Source of the DNA: an uncultured Gemmatimonadales bacterium
Lineage (GTDB): Bacteria > Gemmatimonadota > Gemmatimonadetes > Gemmatimonadales > GWC2-71-9
Reading direction: 5' to 3'
Assembly: GCA_963748815.1 (NCBI GenBank)
Contig: CAVVKJ010000005.1
Coordinates: 160,001 to 224,000 of the forward strand
DNA length: 64,000 nt
Below, piece after piece: positions 40,072-50,064 of this stretch. A model generated the notes under the pieces. That model was not told the origin of the DNA and did no database searches. It saw only the letters and a list, made by a program, of their open reading frames with translations. Numbering within the stretch: the stretch's first letter is position 1; each line of letters starts with the position of its first letter. Position numbers and translations under genes: made by a program.

Positions 40072-40848
40072 ATGCGCCGCTCAATGTCTGCCTTGCTCGT
40101 ACTTTCCGCTGTCACCGTCCTCGCCGCCTGGGTGACCCGCCCGCGCGCGGCCGCCGAGCCGCACGGCCAGTGGGTCACGTTCACCAACGCCGCCGGCGAT
40201 TCGATCCCCGCCTACGTCGCCTGGCCGGAGCGGAAGGACCGGGCGCCCACGGTGCTGGTCATCCACCAGATCTTCGGTCTGACCCAGTGGGAAACCACCG
40301 TAGTGGACAAGCTTGCAGCGCAGGGATATCTCGCCATCGCCCCCGATCTCCTCGCCTCCAAATACGGCAAGTCGCCCGCGAGCCCCGATTCGGCGCGGAA
40401 GCTCTTCGCAGGGCTCACCGCCGACCGGATCATGGGTGACCTCGACGCCACCGCCGCCTTCGTGGACACCCTCCCGGGCGCGGCCCGCGGCCTGATGGCG
40501 AGCATCGGCTTCTGCTGGGGCGGACAGCAGAGCTTCGCGTACGCCACCCACAACCCGAAGCTCAAGGCCGCCGTCGTCTGCTACGGTCCAGCGCCTGACT
40601 CGGCGGCCATGGCCCGGATCCAGGCACCCATCCTCGGGGTCTACGCCGAGAACGACGCGCGGGTAAACGATCCGTTGCCGCAGGTGAGCGCCACGATGAA
40701 GGCGCTGGGCAAGTCGTTCACCTATGACATCTATCCCGGCACCGGCCACGGCTTCCTCTCTCCCGGCCGCATGGGAAACGACACCGACCAGCCGGACAAG
40801 GCGTGGGCGCGGATCTTCGAGTTCTACAAGAAGACGCTGAAGGATTGA
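40072..40848 (+). CDS. Dienelactone hydrolase family protein
   Basis: GFCWGG, AENDAR, GTGHGF; GAGGAGG RBS. Confidence 0.9.
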   Translation: MRRSMSALLVLSAVTVLAAWVTRPRAAAEPHGQWVTFTNAAGDSIPAYVAWPERKDRAPTVLVIHQIFGLTQWETTVVDKLAAQGYLAIAPDLLASKYGKSPASPDSARKLFAGLTADRIMGDLDATAAFVDTLPGAARGLMASIGFCWGGQQSFAYATHNPKLKAAVVCYGPAPDSAAMARIQAPILGVYAENDARVNDPLPQVSATMKALGKSFTYDIYPGTGHGFLSPGRMGNDTDQPDKAWARIFEFYKKTLKD

Positions 40849-40948
40849 CGACTGAGGACTGAGAGAGAAAGAGGACTTGGGACTTGGAGGGGCGTAAGGG
40901 GAAATGAGAAAGGGTGATTTCGTGTTTTCGTGTTTTCGTGCTTTCGTG
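40845..40948. repeat. Heptamer motif (GGACTTG) plus (TTTTCGTG)n array
   Basis: agaggacttgggacttggaggggcg at 40870-40894 identical to 58015-58039. Confidence 0.8.
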
Positions 40949-41725
40949 GACGCAGTTCCTCGCGGACTTCTCATTCTGCCGTTGGCCCTTCTGGCCAGCT
41001 GCCGAGTGTCCATGTCGCCGGTCCAGAACCGCCTGGCGCCCGGTGAGGAGCCGTTCGCCGTGTTCGTGGCGACCGGCGAAGCGGGCGTCGGCGACCTCTT
41101 TGCCGTCCGCGCCGACGGTGGTACGACCTTCCCCATCACCTACACCCGTGTCCAGGAAATGAACCCGGCGCTCTCGCCCGCGGGGACCGCCATCGCCTTC
41201 ATTCGCGAAGGCGTGCGCGACGACCCATCGAGTCGGCGGGTCGTGGTGATGAACCTGCTCAACGGTGCCGAGCGGATCGTTCCGACCGATGGGGCGATTC
41301 CGGGCGAACTGGCTTGGAGCGTTGACGCCGCACTGCTGTACATCCGTGCGGACTCCGCCACCCTGGTGGCTCAGGCCCCTCCCGCCGACCCTGACACCCG
41401 GCCGCTGGACCATATGGAGGTGCTCTACGCGGATTCGGCCTTCATGGTGCTGGTCGGCACACCGGCATTTGCACGGGTAATCGACTGCCCGGAGGGTGGC
41501 GTCTGTGTCGAGCCGGGCGGTGGAGGACAGCGCACGCTCTATTCCGCGGATGGCAGGGGTCCCGTGCGGTGGGGCGCCGACTCGGTGGGCTATTTCGTCG
41601 GGACGGCGTTCTTCGTCCGTCCGCTCGGCCCAGGCCGCATGCGCGAGCTCAGGCTGACCCCCCCGCGGCTGGACCCGCGGGAGATGACCTATTTTCCGGG
41701 GCCGGCTGAGCAGGCGCCGCAATAG
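40946..41725 (+). CDS. Hypothetical lipoprotein with a TolB-like repeat
   Basis: Lipobox LASC; EMNPALSPAGTAIAFIR; start chosen downstream of the repeat. Confidence 0.65.
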   Translation: MDAVPRGLLILPLALLASCRVSMSPVQNRLAPGEEPFAVFVATGEAGVGDLFAVRADGGTTFPITYTRVQEMNPALSPAGTAIAFIREGVRDDPSSRRVVVMNLLNGAERIVPTDGAIPGELAWSVDAALLYIRADSATLVAQAPPADPDTRPLDHMEVLYADSAFMVLVGTPAFARVIDCPEGGVCVEPGGGGQRTLYSADGRGPVRWGADSVGYFVGTAFFVRPLGPGRMRELRLTPPRLDPREMTYFPGPAEQAPQ

Positions 41726-42314
41726 CACTCCACGCCGACTCGATCGCCTGCCCCACCTGCGGCTGGTCCATGGTCCACTCGCGCGAGGCGACGCGCTCGA
41801 TGATGAACGCCAGGATCACCAGCCACACCGACGTCCAGAGTTCCGCCGGCCCCGCCCGGACCATCCCATCCGCCTTCCCCGCCGCCACCACCTGCTGGAC
41901 CGCCTCCCGGAAATCGCGCGCGGCGTCGCGGCTCGGCACGTCGAGAAAGTTCGCATCCCGCTGCCGGAGGAGCATGCGCGCCCCCGCCGGGTCGCGCTCC
42001 GCCGTCTCTACGAACCGCCTGGCAATCCGCGCCAATCGCTCCGGCGCCTTCAGCGACCGGTCGGCGTCCACTTCCTTGACCACGCCGGTGGCCCAGCGCT
42101 GGGTGCCGCGGTACACCTCGTTGAGCAGGTGTTCCTTGCTGGTGAAGTGGCGGTAGATCGTCCCCTCAGCGACCCCCGCCCGGGCGGCGATGATCGGGGT
42201 GGTGCTGGCCAGAAACCCTTCTCCCGTAAAGAGTTCCAGCGCGGCCCGGAGCAGTTTCTGCCGAGTTCCCTCACCGTCGCGGCGGCCGGACTGGGGGGTG
42301 GCGGGGGTCGTCAT
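41649..42314 (-). CDS. TetR/AcrR family transcriptional regulator
   Basis: TRQKLLRAALELF..IAARAGVAEGTIYRHFTSKEHL. Confidence 0.9.
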   Translation of the reverse strand: MTTPATPQSGRRDGEGTRQKLLRAALELFTGEGFLASTTPIIAARAGVAEGTIYRHFTSKEHLLNEVYRGTQRWATGVVKEVDADRSLKAPERLARIARRFVETAERDPAGARMLLRQRDANFLDVPSRDAARDFREAVQQVVAAGKADGMVRAGPAELWTSVWLVILAFIIERVASREWTMDQPQVGQAIESAWSAIAAPAQPAPENRSSPAGPAAGGSA

Positions 42315-42405
42315 CGTGCTCCAGGGGTCTGGGTTGAAGCCGGAACCCGCTCCGGGGTAGATTTCAAGGCTGTCTCGAAACTCGTGATTTGACAAGGACT
42401 AATGT

Positions 42406-43551
42406 ATGAAGATGCTGGTTCTCGGCGCTGGCCTGCAGGGCTGCGCGACCGCCTTCGACCTCCTGCAGAACCCGGCCGTCACTCAGGTGACCATCGCCGA
42501 CCTTCACCCCGAGCGCCTCGCGCCCTTCCTCGATCCCTACAAGGGGACCGATCGGCTGAAGGCGGTCAAGCTCGACGTCAAGGACCTCCCGGCCGCCACC
42601 GCCCTGATGCGCGGGCACGTCTCCGTCATGAGCGCCATTCCCTACTACTTCAACGGCCCGATGGCGGCCTGCGCGGTCGAGGCGGGCTGCAACTTCGCCG
42701 ACCTCGGCGGCAATACCGAGATCGTCTTCGAGCAGAAGAAGCTGCACGAGGCAGCCCTCGCCAAGGGACTCTCCGTCATTCCCGATTGCGGACTGGCCCC
42801 GGGGATGGTCAACATCCTTGCCGCCGAAGGCATCCGGCGGTTCGACAAGGCGGACAAGGTCAAGATCTTCGTGGGTGGGTTGCCTCGGCATCCGGAGCCG
42901 CCGCTCAACTACCAGATCGTGTACTCCCTCGAGGGCGCGCTCGACTACTACACCACCACCTCGTGGATCCTCCGGGGCGGCAAGCGGGCCCCGGTGGAGG
43001 CGTTGAGCGAGCTGGAGCCGGTGGTCTTCCCCGAGCCGGTCGGCACGCTCGAGGCGTTTCATACCGCGGGCGGGGTGAGCACCATGCCATTCACCTACGA
43101 GGGCAAGGTGGACGTCCTCGAGTACAAGACGCTTCGCTACCCCGGGCACGTGGCCATCATGAAGCCGATTCGCGAGCTCGGCCTCCTTGGCAACGAGCCG
43201 ATCGACGTGAAGGGCGTGCAGGTGCGGCCGCGCGACGTATTCATCGCCGCGGCGACGCCGGTGCTCAAGAAGCCGAAGGCGGAAGACCTGGTCGCGCTCC
43301 GTGTGGAAGCGAGCGGCATCAAGGACGGGAAGCCGGGTTCGGTGGTCTGGCAGCTGGTGGACCACAAGGACACGGCCCGGAACATCAGCGCCATGATGCG
43401 CACCACCGGCTATTCGCTGGCCATCACCGGCCTGATGCAGGCCGAGGGCCGCGTGAAGGCGAAGGGTGTGCTGACCCCCGACGAGGCGATGCCCTTCCAG
43501 CCCTACGTGGACGCACTTGCCGCGCGCGGCGTGATGATCCGGGAACTCTAG
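42406..43551 (+). CDS. Saccharopine dehydrogenase / lysine 6-dehydrogenase family protein
   Basis: VLGAGLQG, DLGGN, DCGLAPG, YKTLRYPGH, AMMRTTG. Confidence 0.85.
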   Translation: MKMLVLGAGLQGCATAFDLLQNPAVTQVTIADLHPERLAPFLDPYKGTDRLKAVKLDVKDLPAATALMRGHVSVMSAIPYYFNGPMAACAVEAGCNFADLGGNTEIVFEQKKLHEAALAKGLSVIPDCGLAPGMVNILAAEGIRRFDKADKVKIFVGGLPRHPEPPLNYQIVYSLEGALDYYTTTSWILRGGKRAPVEALSELEPVVFPEPVGTLEAFHTAGGVSTMPFTYEGKVDVLEYKTLRYPGHVAIMKPIRELGLLGNEPIDVKGVQVRPRDVFIAAATPVLKKPKAEDLVALRVEASGIKDGKPGSVVWQLVDHKDTARNISAMMRTTGYSLAITGLMQAEGRVKAKGVLTPDEAMPFQPYVDALAARGVMIREL

Positions 43552-43665
43552 CCGGCCGTCGGGTGTTGTGATGGTGACGGCCGCACGAGCCGCCGTCGGG
43601 ATCTTCCCGCCGGCGGCTCTCGCACATCGGCCGGGCATTGCGCCCCGGTTCGGAAGGACGCCACC

Positions 43666-44226
43666 ATGCTTGATTTTCCATCCCTTTGGCAGGCCGCGCT
43701 GCCCTACCACGACTTCGTGGCGGCGAGCACGGAGCACTGCGGCCTGTGGGTCGGCGTGCACAAGTTCGCGAGGCTGCCCGAGTGGTCGAATGGGCTCGAC
43801 AGCTCCGCGACCCCGCGCCGGCTCCTGGTGCTGGCGGAAGACTGGTGTGGCGATGCCTCGAACACCATCCCGGTGCTCGCCAAGCTGGTCGAACAGGTGC
43901 CCGGGCTGGAACTGCGCGTCCTTCGGCGTGACGAACACCCCGAGGTCATGGACCAGTACCTCACGAGCGGCGCGCGGTCGATCCCGATCGTGATTGCGCT
44001 CGACGCCGAGTTCAGGGAACTGGGCCACTGGGGCCCCCGGCCGGCAGTCCTGCAGGCGTGGGTGATGGCGAACAAGGATGCGATGCCGAAGGCTGAGCTC
44101 TATCCGCACGCGCGGAAGTGGTACGCCCGCGACCGCGGCGAATCCACCCTGCGCGAGGTGCTGACGATCGCTACGGGTTGGGCGATACCCGCGCCGGCGC
44201 CGGTGCCGACTCCGGCTCCGGCGTGA
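43666..44226 (+). CDS. Thioredoxin-like protein (WCGD type)
   Basis: LAEDWCGDA, RSIP, WGPRP. Confidence 0.82.
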   Translation: MLDFPSLWQAALPYHDFVAASTEHCGLWVGVHKFARLPEWSNGLDSSATPRRLLVLAEDWCGDASNTIPVLAKLVEQVPGLELRVLRRDEHPEVMDQYLTSGARSIPIVIALDAEFRELGHWGPRPAVLQAWVMANKDAMPKAELYPHARKWYARDRGESTLREVLTIATGWAIPAPAPVPTPAPA

Positions 44227-46018
44227 AGTCTTCGCCGGGATTGATGAAGCGGTCCATCTCCACGTTGTACTGCCGGTCGTAGAGCTGCCGGTACCGTCCG
44301 TTCAACGCCAGCAGCTCGCGATGGGTGCCCCGCTCGACGATCTCCCCGCCCTCCAGCACCAGGATCTGGTCCGCCGTCACGATGGTCGAGAGGCGGTGCG
44401 CGATCACGAAGGTGGTCCGCCCCCGCCGCAGCGCCCGCAGGCCGTCCTGGATCTGCGCCTCGCTCTCGCTGTCCAGCGAACTGGTCGCCTCGTCGAGGAT
44501 CAGGATCTTCGGGTTGGCGAGGACGGCCCGCGCGATGGCGATGCGCTGCCGCTGCCCGCCCGAGAGCTTGATGCCCCGCTCCCCCACCACGGTGTCGTAC
44601 CCACGCTCGAACCCGCGGATGAATTCGTCGGCGTGGGCGATTTTCGCGACCGACTCGATCTGCTCCCTGGTGGCGTGCGGGCGCGCGAAGGCGATGTTTT
44701 CGGCGACGGTCCCGTCGAACAGGAAGTTCTCCTGCAGCACCACGCCGATGGCGCGCCGGAACTCGTAGAGCCGGATCGTGGCCAGGTCGCGCCCGTCGAT
44801 GATCACCCGGCCCGACTTCGGCCGGTTGAACGCCATCACGAGTGAAATGAGGGTGCTCTTGCCGCCCCCCGAGGCGCCCACCAGCGCGGTGGTCGTCCCG
44901 GCCGGCGCCTCGAAGGAGATGCCCTTGATGACCGGCACGCCGGGGTTGTACTCGAACCACACCGTGTCGAACGCCACGTCGCCGCGAATGTCGCCCACCG
45001 GCTCGCGGACGGCGTCCTCCTGGTCTTCCGTGGCCAGCAGGCGAATTTCGCGGATCCGGTCCAGCCCCGCGAAGGCCTCGGTGATCTGCGTCCCGATCGA
45101 GGCGATCTGCACCATCGGGGCGGCCATGAGGCCGGTGAAGAAGACGTACATGATGAGGTCGCCGACCGTCATGCGTCCCGCCAGCACATCGCCCCCGCCC
45201 ACCAGGATCATCAGCACGCCGATGCCGCCCACGATGGCGGTGGCGAAGGCGCCCGTCCCGGAGATGGCGGTCATCGATTGCGCCACGTTCCGGAAGAGCC
45301 GGTGCGCCCCGGTCGCGAACACGTATCGTTCCCGCCGTTCGGCGCTGTACGCCTTGACGATTCGGATGCCGCCCAGCGTCTCGGCCAGCCGCCCGGTCAC
45401 GTCGGCGTTGATCTTTCCCCGCTCGCGGAAGAGAGGGCGGAGACGCTTGAAGAAGATCGCCATCCCCCCGCCGAAGAGGATGAGCGCCGTCAGGGTCACG
45501 GCGGTGAGCTTCCAGTTGAGCCAGAAGAGCACGCCCACCGCGATGAGCGCCGTCACGAACCCGCCGACCAGTTGCACCAGCCCCGTGCCGACCAGGTTCC
45601 GGATCCCTTCCGCGTCGGACATGATCCGCGAGATGAGCACGCCGGTCTTGGTCGAATCGAAATAGCTGACCGGCAGCTTGGCCACGTGCGCCTGGACCCG
45701 CTTCCGCATGTCGGTGATGGCGCGTTGCGCGGCGACGCCGAGGACTTGCGACAGCGCAAAGCCGGTCACGGCCTGCACCAGGGTGGCCGCACCGACGGCG
45801 AGGGCGATCCACGGCAGGAGCTCGGCGCGGTGCTTCCCGATGACATCGTCGATGAGGTACTTGGAGGAGGCGGGCAGGACGAGCCCGGCCAGGCGGCTCA
45901 GGAGCATCAGGCACAGCCCCAGCGCCAGGCGGAAACGGTAGTCCCAGACCACCTCGCGGGCTTCCGCCCAGGCGGCCTTGTAGTTGACTTTCGGTTTTGC
46001 GGGGGTCGGGTCAGGCAT
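44171..46018 (-). CDS. ABC transporter fused permease/ATP-binding protein
   Basis: Six TM helices; GASGGGKST, LSGGQRQR, ILDEAT, AHRLST. Confidence 0.93.
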   Translation of the reverse strand: MPDPTPAKPKVNYKAAWAEAREVVWDYRFRLALGLCLMLLSRLAGLVLPASSKYLIDDVIGKHRAELLPWIALAVGAATLVQAVTGFALSQVLGVAAQRAITDMRKRVQAHVAKLPVSYFDSTKTGVLISRIMSDAEGIRNLVGTGLVQLVGGFVTALIAVGVLFWLNWKLTAVTLTALILFGGGMAIFFKRLRPLFRERGKINADVTGRLAETLGGIRIVKAYSAERRERYVFATGAHRLFRNVAQSMTAISGTGAFATAIVGGIGVLMILVGGGDVLAGRMTVGDLIMYVFFTGLMAAPMVQIASIGTQITEAFAGLDRIREIRLLATEDQEDAVREPVGDIRGDVAFDTVWFEYNPGVPVIKGISFEAPAGTTTALVGASGGGKSTLISLVMAFNRPKSGRVIIDGRDLATIRLYEFRRAIGVVLQENFLFDGTVAENIAFARPHATREQIESVAKIAHADEFIRGFERGYDTVVGERGIKLSGGQRQRIAIARAVLANPKILILDEATSSLDSESEAQIQDGLRALRRGRTTFVIAHRLSTIVTADQILVLEGGEIVERGTHRELLALNGRYRQLYDRQYNVEMDRFINPGEDFTPEPESAPAPARVSPNP

Positions 46019-46039
46019 GCAGGGAAAGTAATCGGTCGG

Positions 46040-47149
46040 CTAGAAACTCCACCCGGTATTGGCCGAGAAGACGTAGCCATCGGGACCCCACGCGAAATTG
46101 AGGGTCATGATGCCCGCCTTCAGTGCGCGGAAGAGCAGGCCGACGCCTCCCGTGAGCGCCATGCCGTCCGTCGTGAGGGCCAGGCCTCCCTCCGGGAAGA
46201 CCCGGCCGACGTCGAGAAACCCGATCAGGCCGGCGCCGCCGAAGTCGCCGACGTCGAGCACCGTCTGCCGCACCTCGATGGAGGCCGACAACTGATCAGC
46301 GTCGATGAACCGCCCGCCGACGAGGCCGCGGTTGGTCTCCTGGCCGCCGTACTGCCAGCGCGACTCTTCCCAGAGATGGAGCTCATAGTCGGAGCTCAAC
46401 GGGACGTTTCCGGACGTGCTCACGGCGGTCACCCGCGCGGCCACCACAGTGCTGAAAAAGGGGTGGACAAAACCCCGCGCGTCGCCGTAGAAGCGGCTGT
46501 AGGCGTTCCCCACCAGCCCGCCGACCTGGAGCAGCGTGCCGGTGGACGGGTTGTACTCCCGGTCTCGCGTGTCGTAGACCAGCCGAAGGCTGCCGGTGTA
46601 GTCGGTCGTCTCGAGGGAGTTGCCCACTTCGGTGCCGAACAGGGTCGGCGCCGGGAGGGACGTGAACTCGGTGCCGACCATGCCGCCGGCGACCGCCGCC
46701 TCGAGATGCCCGGCGATCCGCCGGGTCACCTCGACCCGTCCGCCCAGCCGGCCCCGCCGCACCCGGTAGTAGTTGCTGTTGTCGACTTCCAGCGACGGGT
46801 CGTAGGGGGTGTCGTTGCCGACGCCGAAGTACCCCATCCGTGAATCCTTGACCCAGTATCCCTCGGCGAAGAGCCGCCAGTTGTCCCAGAGTCCCGGGGC
46901 GCGGAAGACCAGCGTCGCCATCTGGCTGCCGTTGAACCCGAGCGCCACCGTCGCGGCGAGCGACCCGTCCGACAGCCACGGGTCGTCCCATTCCGCGTCC
47001 CGACGATAGTCGTACCGGGCTCCCAGCAGCGGAAAGGTGTTGGGCGACGAGGCGATATAGGGGTAGTAGTTGCTGAGCCAGCGATTCTGCGCCGCCAGCG
47101 GGGTGGCGGCGAGGAGCAGGAGCAGCAGCAGGGGGAGTCGGCGAAGCAT
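46040..47149 (-). CDS. BamA/TamA (Omp85)-like outer membrane barrel
   Basis: Signal peptide; YDTRD, GGQETNRG, FLDVGRV, C-terminal Phe. Confidence 0.78.
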   Translation of the reverse strand: MLRRLPLLLLLLLAATPLAAQNRWLSNYYPYIASSPNTFPLLGARYDYRRDAEWDDPWLSDGSLAATVALGFNGSQMATLVFRAPGLWDNWRLFAEGYWVKDSRMGYFGVGNDTPYDPSLEVDNSNYYRVRRGRLGGRVEVTRRIAGHLEAAVAGGMVGTEFTSLPAPTLFGTEVGNSLETTDYTGSLRLVYDTRDREYNPSTGTLLQVGGLVGNAYSRFYGDARGFVHPFFSTVVAARVTAVSTSGNVPLSSDYELHLWEESRWQYGGQETNRGLVGGRFIDADQLSASIEVRQTVLDVGDFGGAGLIGFLDVGRVFPEGGLALTTDGMALTGGVGLLFRALKAGIMTLNFAWGPDGYVFSANTGWSF

Positions 47150-47155
47150 GTGCGC

Positions 47156-48196
47156 CTATTTCGAGGGGTACAGGACGGCGCAGTCCTTGAACGCCGCCCC
47201 GGTGCCGTCGTGCACGGCGTAACGCGCGTGGAAGAGCGACGCCGCGCCGTACTCCCCCTTCTTGTTGATCGCATAGAAGGTGAGGCCGAAGTTGGGCCGG
47301 CCGTCTTCGCGGAGCAGTCGCGGCGGCGTCATGGCCACCACCCGGCGCAGCGTCTCGAGGCAGGCGTCGGTCGGCGACAGGCCGCGCCGCATGTGCTCCA
47401 CCGTCAGGAACCCGCCGCACACCATGATGTTGGATTCGCCCCGGCCCGTGGAGCCCGCCGAGCCGACGTCGTTGTCGGTGTACTGGCCGGCGCCCACGAT
47501 CGGGCTGTCGCCGACCCGCCCGTCGATCTTCCAGGCCAGCCCGCTGGTGGTGGTGACGGAACTGAGCTCTCCCGCGGCGTTGACCACGTTCAGGTTGATG
47601 GTGCCGGTGGGGCGCACCACCATCGGGGTGTTGTCCGGCACGTCGAGCCAGTCGTCGCTCCCGCCCCGGTTAGCGCGCCAGGTGAGCCACCGCTGCCGGG
47701 ACTCCGGGGTGAGCAGGTCTTCGTCCTGGAAGCCGTAGGACAGCGCGAATTTCTTGGCGCCCTCCCCGACCAGCATGATGTGATTGGTGTATTTCAGCAC
47801 CAGCTTGGCCACTTCGCTTGGTGTCTTGATGCCCTCGAGCGAGCCGACCGCCCCGGCCCGCCGGGTGGGGCCGTGGATGCACGAGGCGTCCAGCTGGACC
47901 ACGCCATCCTCGTTCGGGAGGCCGCCGTAGCCGACCGAGTTGTCCTTCGGGTCCAGCTCCTGGATCTTGACCCCCTCCACCGCGGCATCGAGCGTGTCGC
48001 TGCCCTGCAGGACCAGCTCCAGGGCGCGGCTGACCGGGGCCAGGCTGTTGGCGGAGCTGATGGCGGCCGGCCGGCTGGCGCCGCGCAGGATGACGGCCGG
48101 CGCCTCGAGGGCGGAGAGGCGCGATGGCAACGCCCCGGCGGCGAGCGCGGCGGCGCCGGCACCGAGAAAGTTCCGGCGGGAAAGGGAGTCGGTCAC
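47156..48196 (-). CDS. N4-(beta-N-acetylglucosaminyl)-L-asparaginase (Ntn hydrolase), Tat-exported
   Basis: SRRNFL Tat motif; SVGYGGLP, GTI nucleophile, TTTSG, GRVGDSP, TGRGE. Confidence 0.88.
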   Translation of the reverse strand: MTDSLSRRNFLGAGAAALAAGALPSRLSALEAPAVILRGASRPAAISSANSLAPVSRALELVLQGSDTLDAAVEGVKIQELDPKDNSVGYGGLPNEDGVVQLDASCIHGPTRRAGAVGSLEGIKTPSEVAKLVLKYTNHIMLVGEGAKKFALSYGFQDEDLLTPESRQRWLTWRANRGGSDDWLDVPDNTPMVVRPTGTINLNVVNAAGELSSVTTTSGLAWKIDGRVGDSPIVGAGQYTDNDVGSAGSTGRGESNIMVCGGFLTVEHMRRGLSPTDACLETLRRVVAMTPPRLLREDGRPNFGLTFYAINKKGEYGAASLFHARYAVHDGTGAAFKDCAVLYPSK

Positions 48197-48334
48197 TGGG
48201 TCTCCTGGGTGACGTGCAAGGGGGCCTGACCGTTAGAGTTAGACGCCGCCGGCGGCCCCTGTCAACTTGCCCGCCCCTCCCGCGCCTCCTAACTTCCCGG
48301 GTCAGCTTCCCCATCGAGAGAGAGCCCCCTGCAC

Positions 48335-49393
48335 ATGGCCCGCCGTCCCAGGCTCGACCCGCACATCTTCAACCTCCCCGTCGAGAAGATGCGCTCCGGC
48401 TATTACTCCGATAAGTACTTCGTCCGGGCCCGCGAAGTCCTGATCGCCGATGCCTACCGGCCGCGGGTCACGATGCAGGTGTTCGGCAAGCAGCAGGCGC
48501 TCCTCGGCGGCGTCGACGAGGCGATCGCCATCCTGAAGCTCTGCGCCGTGGAGTGGCCCGAGCTTGAGGTCCACGCGCTGTTCGACGGCGACGAGGTCGA
48601 GGCGTGGGAGACGGTCATGCTCATTCACGGCCCCTACGACGCCTTCGCCCATTTGGAGACCCTCTACCTCGGCGTGCTGGCGCGTCGCACCCGCGTCGGC
48701 ACCAACACCCGGCGGGTGGTGGAGGCCGCGGCCCCGCAGACCGTCATGTTCTTTCCGGCCCGGCACGATCACTGGCTGGTCCAGACCGGCGACGGCTACG
48801 CCGCGCACATCGCCGGCGCCATCGGCGTGTCGACCGACGCGCAGGCCTCGTGGTGGGGCAGTGAGGGGATCGGCACCGTGCCGCACGCCCTGATCGCCGC
48901 TTACGGCGGGGACACCGTGCGGGCGACGCTGAAGTTCCTGGAACACGCGCCGTCCAATGTCCAGGTGGTCACCCTCGTCGACTTCGAGAACGACTGCGTC
49001 CGGACCTCGCTCGAGGTGGCCCGCGCCCTTGGCGACAAGCTGTACGGGGTCCGGATCGACACCAGCGAGAAGCTGGTCGACAAGTCGGTCCTGGCCCAGA
49101 TGGGCCGCTTTCCGCCCACCGGCGTCAATCCGCAGCTGGTCTGGAACGTACGCCGCGCGCTCGACGCGGAGGGCTTCCGCGACGTGAAGATCGTCGTTTC
49201 CGGCGGCTTCACCGCCGACAAGATTCGCGAGTTTCACCGGCAGGGCGTCCCGGTGGACGCCTACGGCGTGGGCTCCTCGCTCTTCCAGGGCCGCTTCGAC
49301 TTCACCGCGGACGTGGTGCTGCTCGACGGGAAGCGCTGCGCCAAGGTGGGACGCGAGTATCGCCCCAACCCGCGGCTCGAGCGGGTGCTGTGA
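48335..49393 (+). CDS. pncB: Nicotinate phosphoribosyltransferase-like (type II PRTase)
   Basis: SDKYF, GTVPHAL, GVRIDTS, VSGGF, YGVGS, AKVGR; coupled to nicotinamidase. Confidence 0.75.
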   Translation: MARRPRLDPHIFNLPVEKMRSGYYSDKYFVRAREVLIADAYRPRVTMQVFGKQQALLGGVDEAIAILKLCAVEWPELEVHALFDGDEVEAWETVMLIHGPYDAFAHLETLYLGVLARRTRVGTNTRRVVEAAAPQTVMFFPARHDHWLVQTGDGYAAHIAGAIGVSTDAQASWWGSEGIGTVPHALIAAYGGDTVRATLKFLEHAPSNVQVVTLVDFENDCVRTSLEVARALGDKLYGVRIDTSEKLVDKSVLAQMGRFPPTGVNPQLVWNVRRALDAEGFRDVKIVVSGGFTADKIREFHRQGVPVDAYGVGSSLFQGRFDFTADVVLLDGKRCAKVGREYRPNPRLERVL

Positions 49394-50064
49394 GCCGGCT
49401 CCTCTTCTGGGACGTCGACACCCAGCACGACTTCATGCGGGCGGACGGGTTGCTGTACGTGCCGGGGAGCGAGGAGATCGGGCCGGCGCTGCGCGCCCTG
49501 ACCGACTACGCCCACCAGCACGGCATCCGGATCGTGGCCAGTGCCGACGACCACCTGCCCGGCCACCGCGAGTTGAGCGACACCCCCGACTTCAAGACGA
49601 CCTTTCCGCCGCACTGCATGCGCGGCACGCCGGGCCAGCACAAGGTGCCCGAGACGCCGCTCCGCAATCCCCTGGTCTTCGAGCCGGACCCGATGGACCC
49701 GGACAAGGTCCGGCGTCACGTCGCCACGCATGACGGGGACGTGCTCTTCCACAAGCACTGGTTCGACGTCTTCACCAACGCGAACGTCGAGCCGGCGCTC
49801 GAGGCGCTCGCGCCGGACGCCATCGTGCTCTACGGCGTGGCACTCGACGTGTGCAATCGCTACGCGGTGGAGGGGTTGCTCGCGCGGCGGCCGGAGACGC
49901 GCCTGCTCCTCGTCACCGACGCCGTCCGCGCGATCGACGCGGAGGCCGGGGAGCGGCTTCTCGCGGAGTGGCGGGCACGCGGTGTTCAAATGGTGACCAG
50001 CGATGAGATCGTCCGGGGCGGCGTGCTCGACCAGTTCCGCGCGCCCCGCGATCGGGAGACGTGA
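49390..50064 (+). CDS. pncA: Nicotinamidase (isochorismatase family)
   Basis: DVDTQHDF, DDH, FPPHC, GVALDVC. Confidence 0.8.
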   Translation: MSRLLFWDVDTQHDFMRADGLLYVPGSEEIGPALRALTDYAHQHGIRIVASADDHLPGHRELSDTPDFKTTFPPHCMRGTPGQHKVPETPLRNPLVFEPDPMDPDKVRRHVATHDGDVLFHKHWFDVFTNANVEPALEALAPDAIVLYGVALDVCNRYAVEGLLARRPETRLLLVTDAVRAIDAEAGERLLAEWRARGVQMVTSDEIVRGGVLDQFRAPRDRET

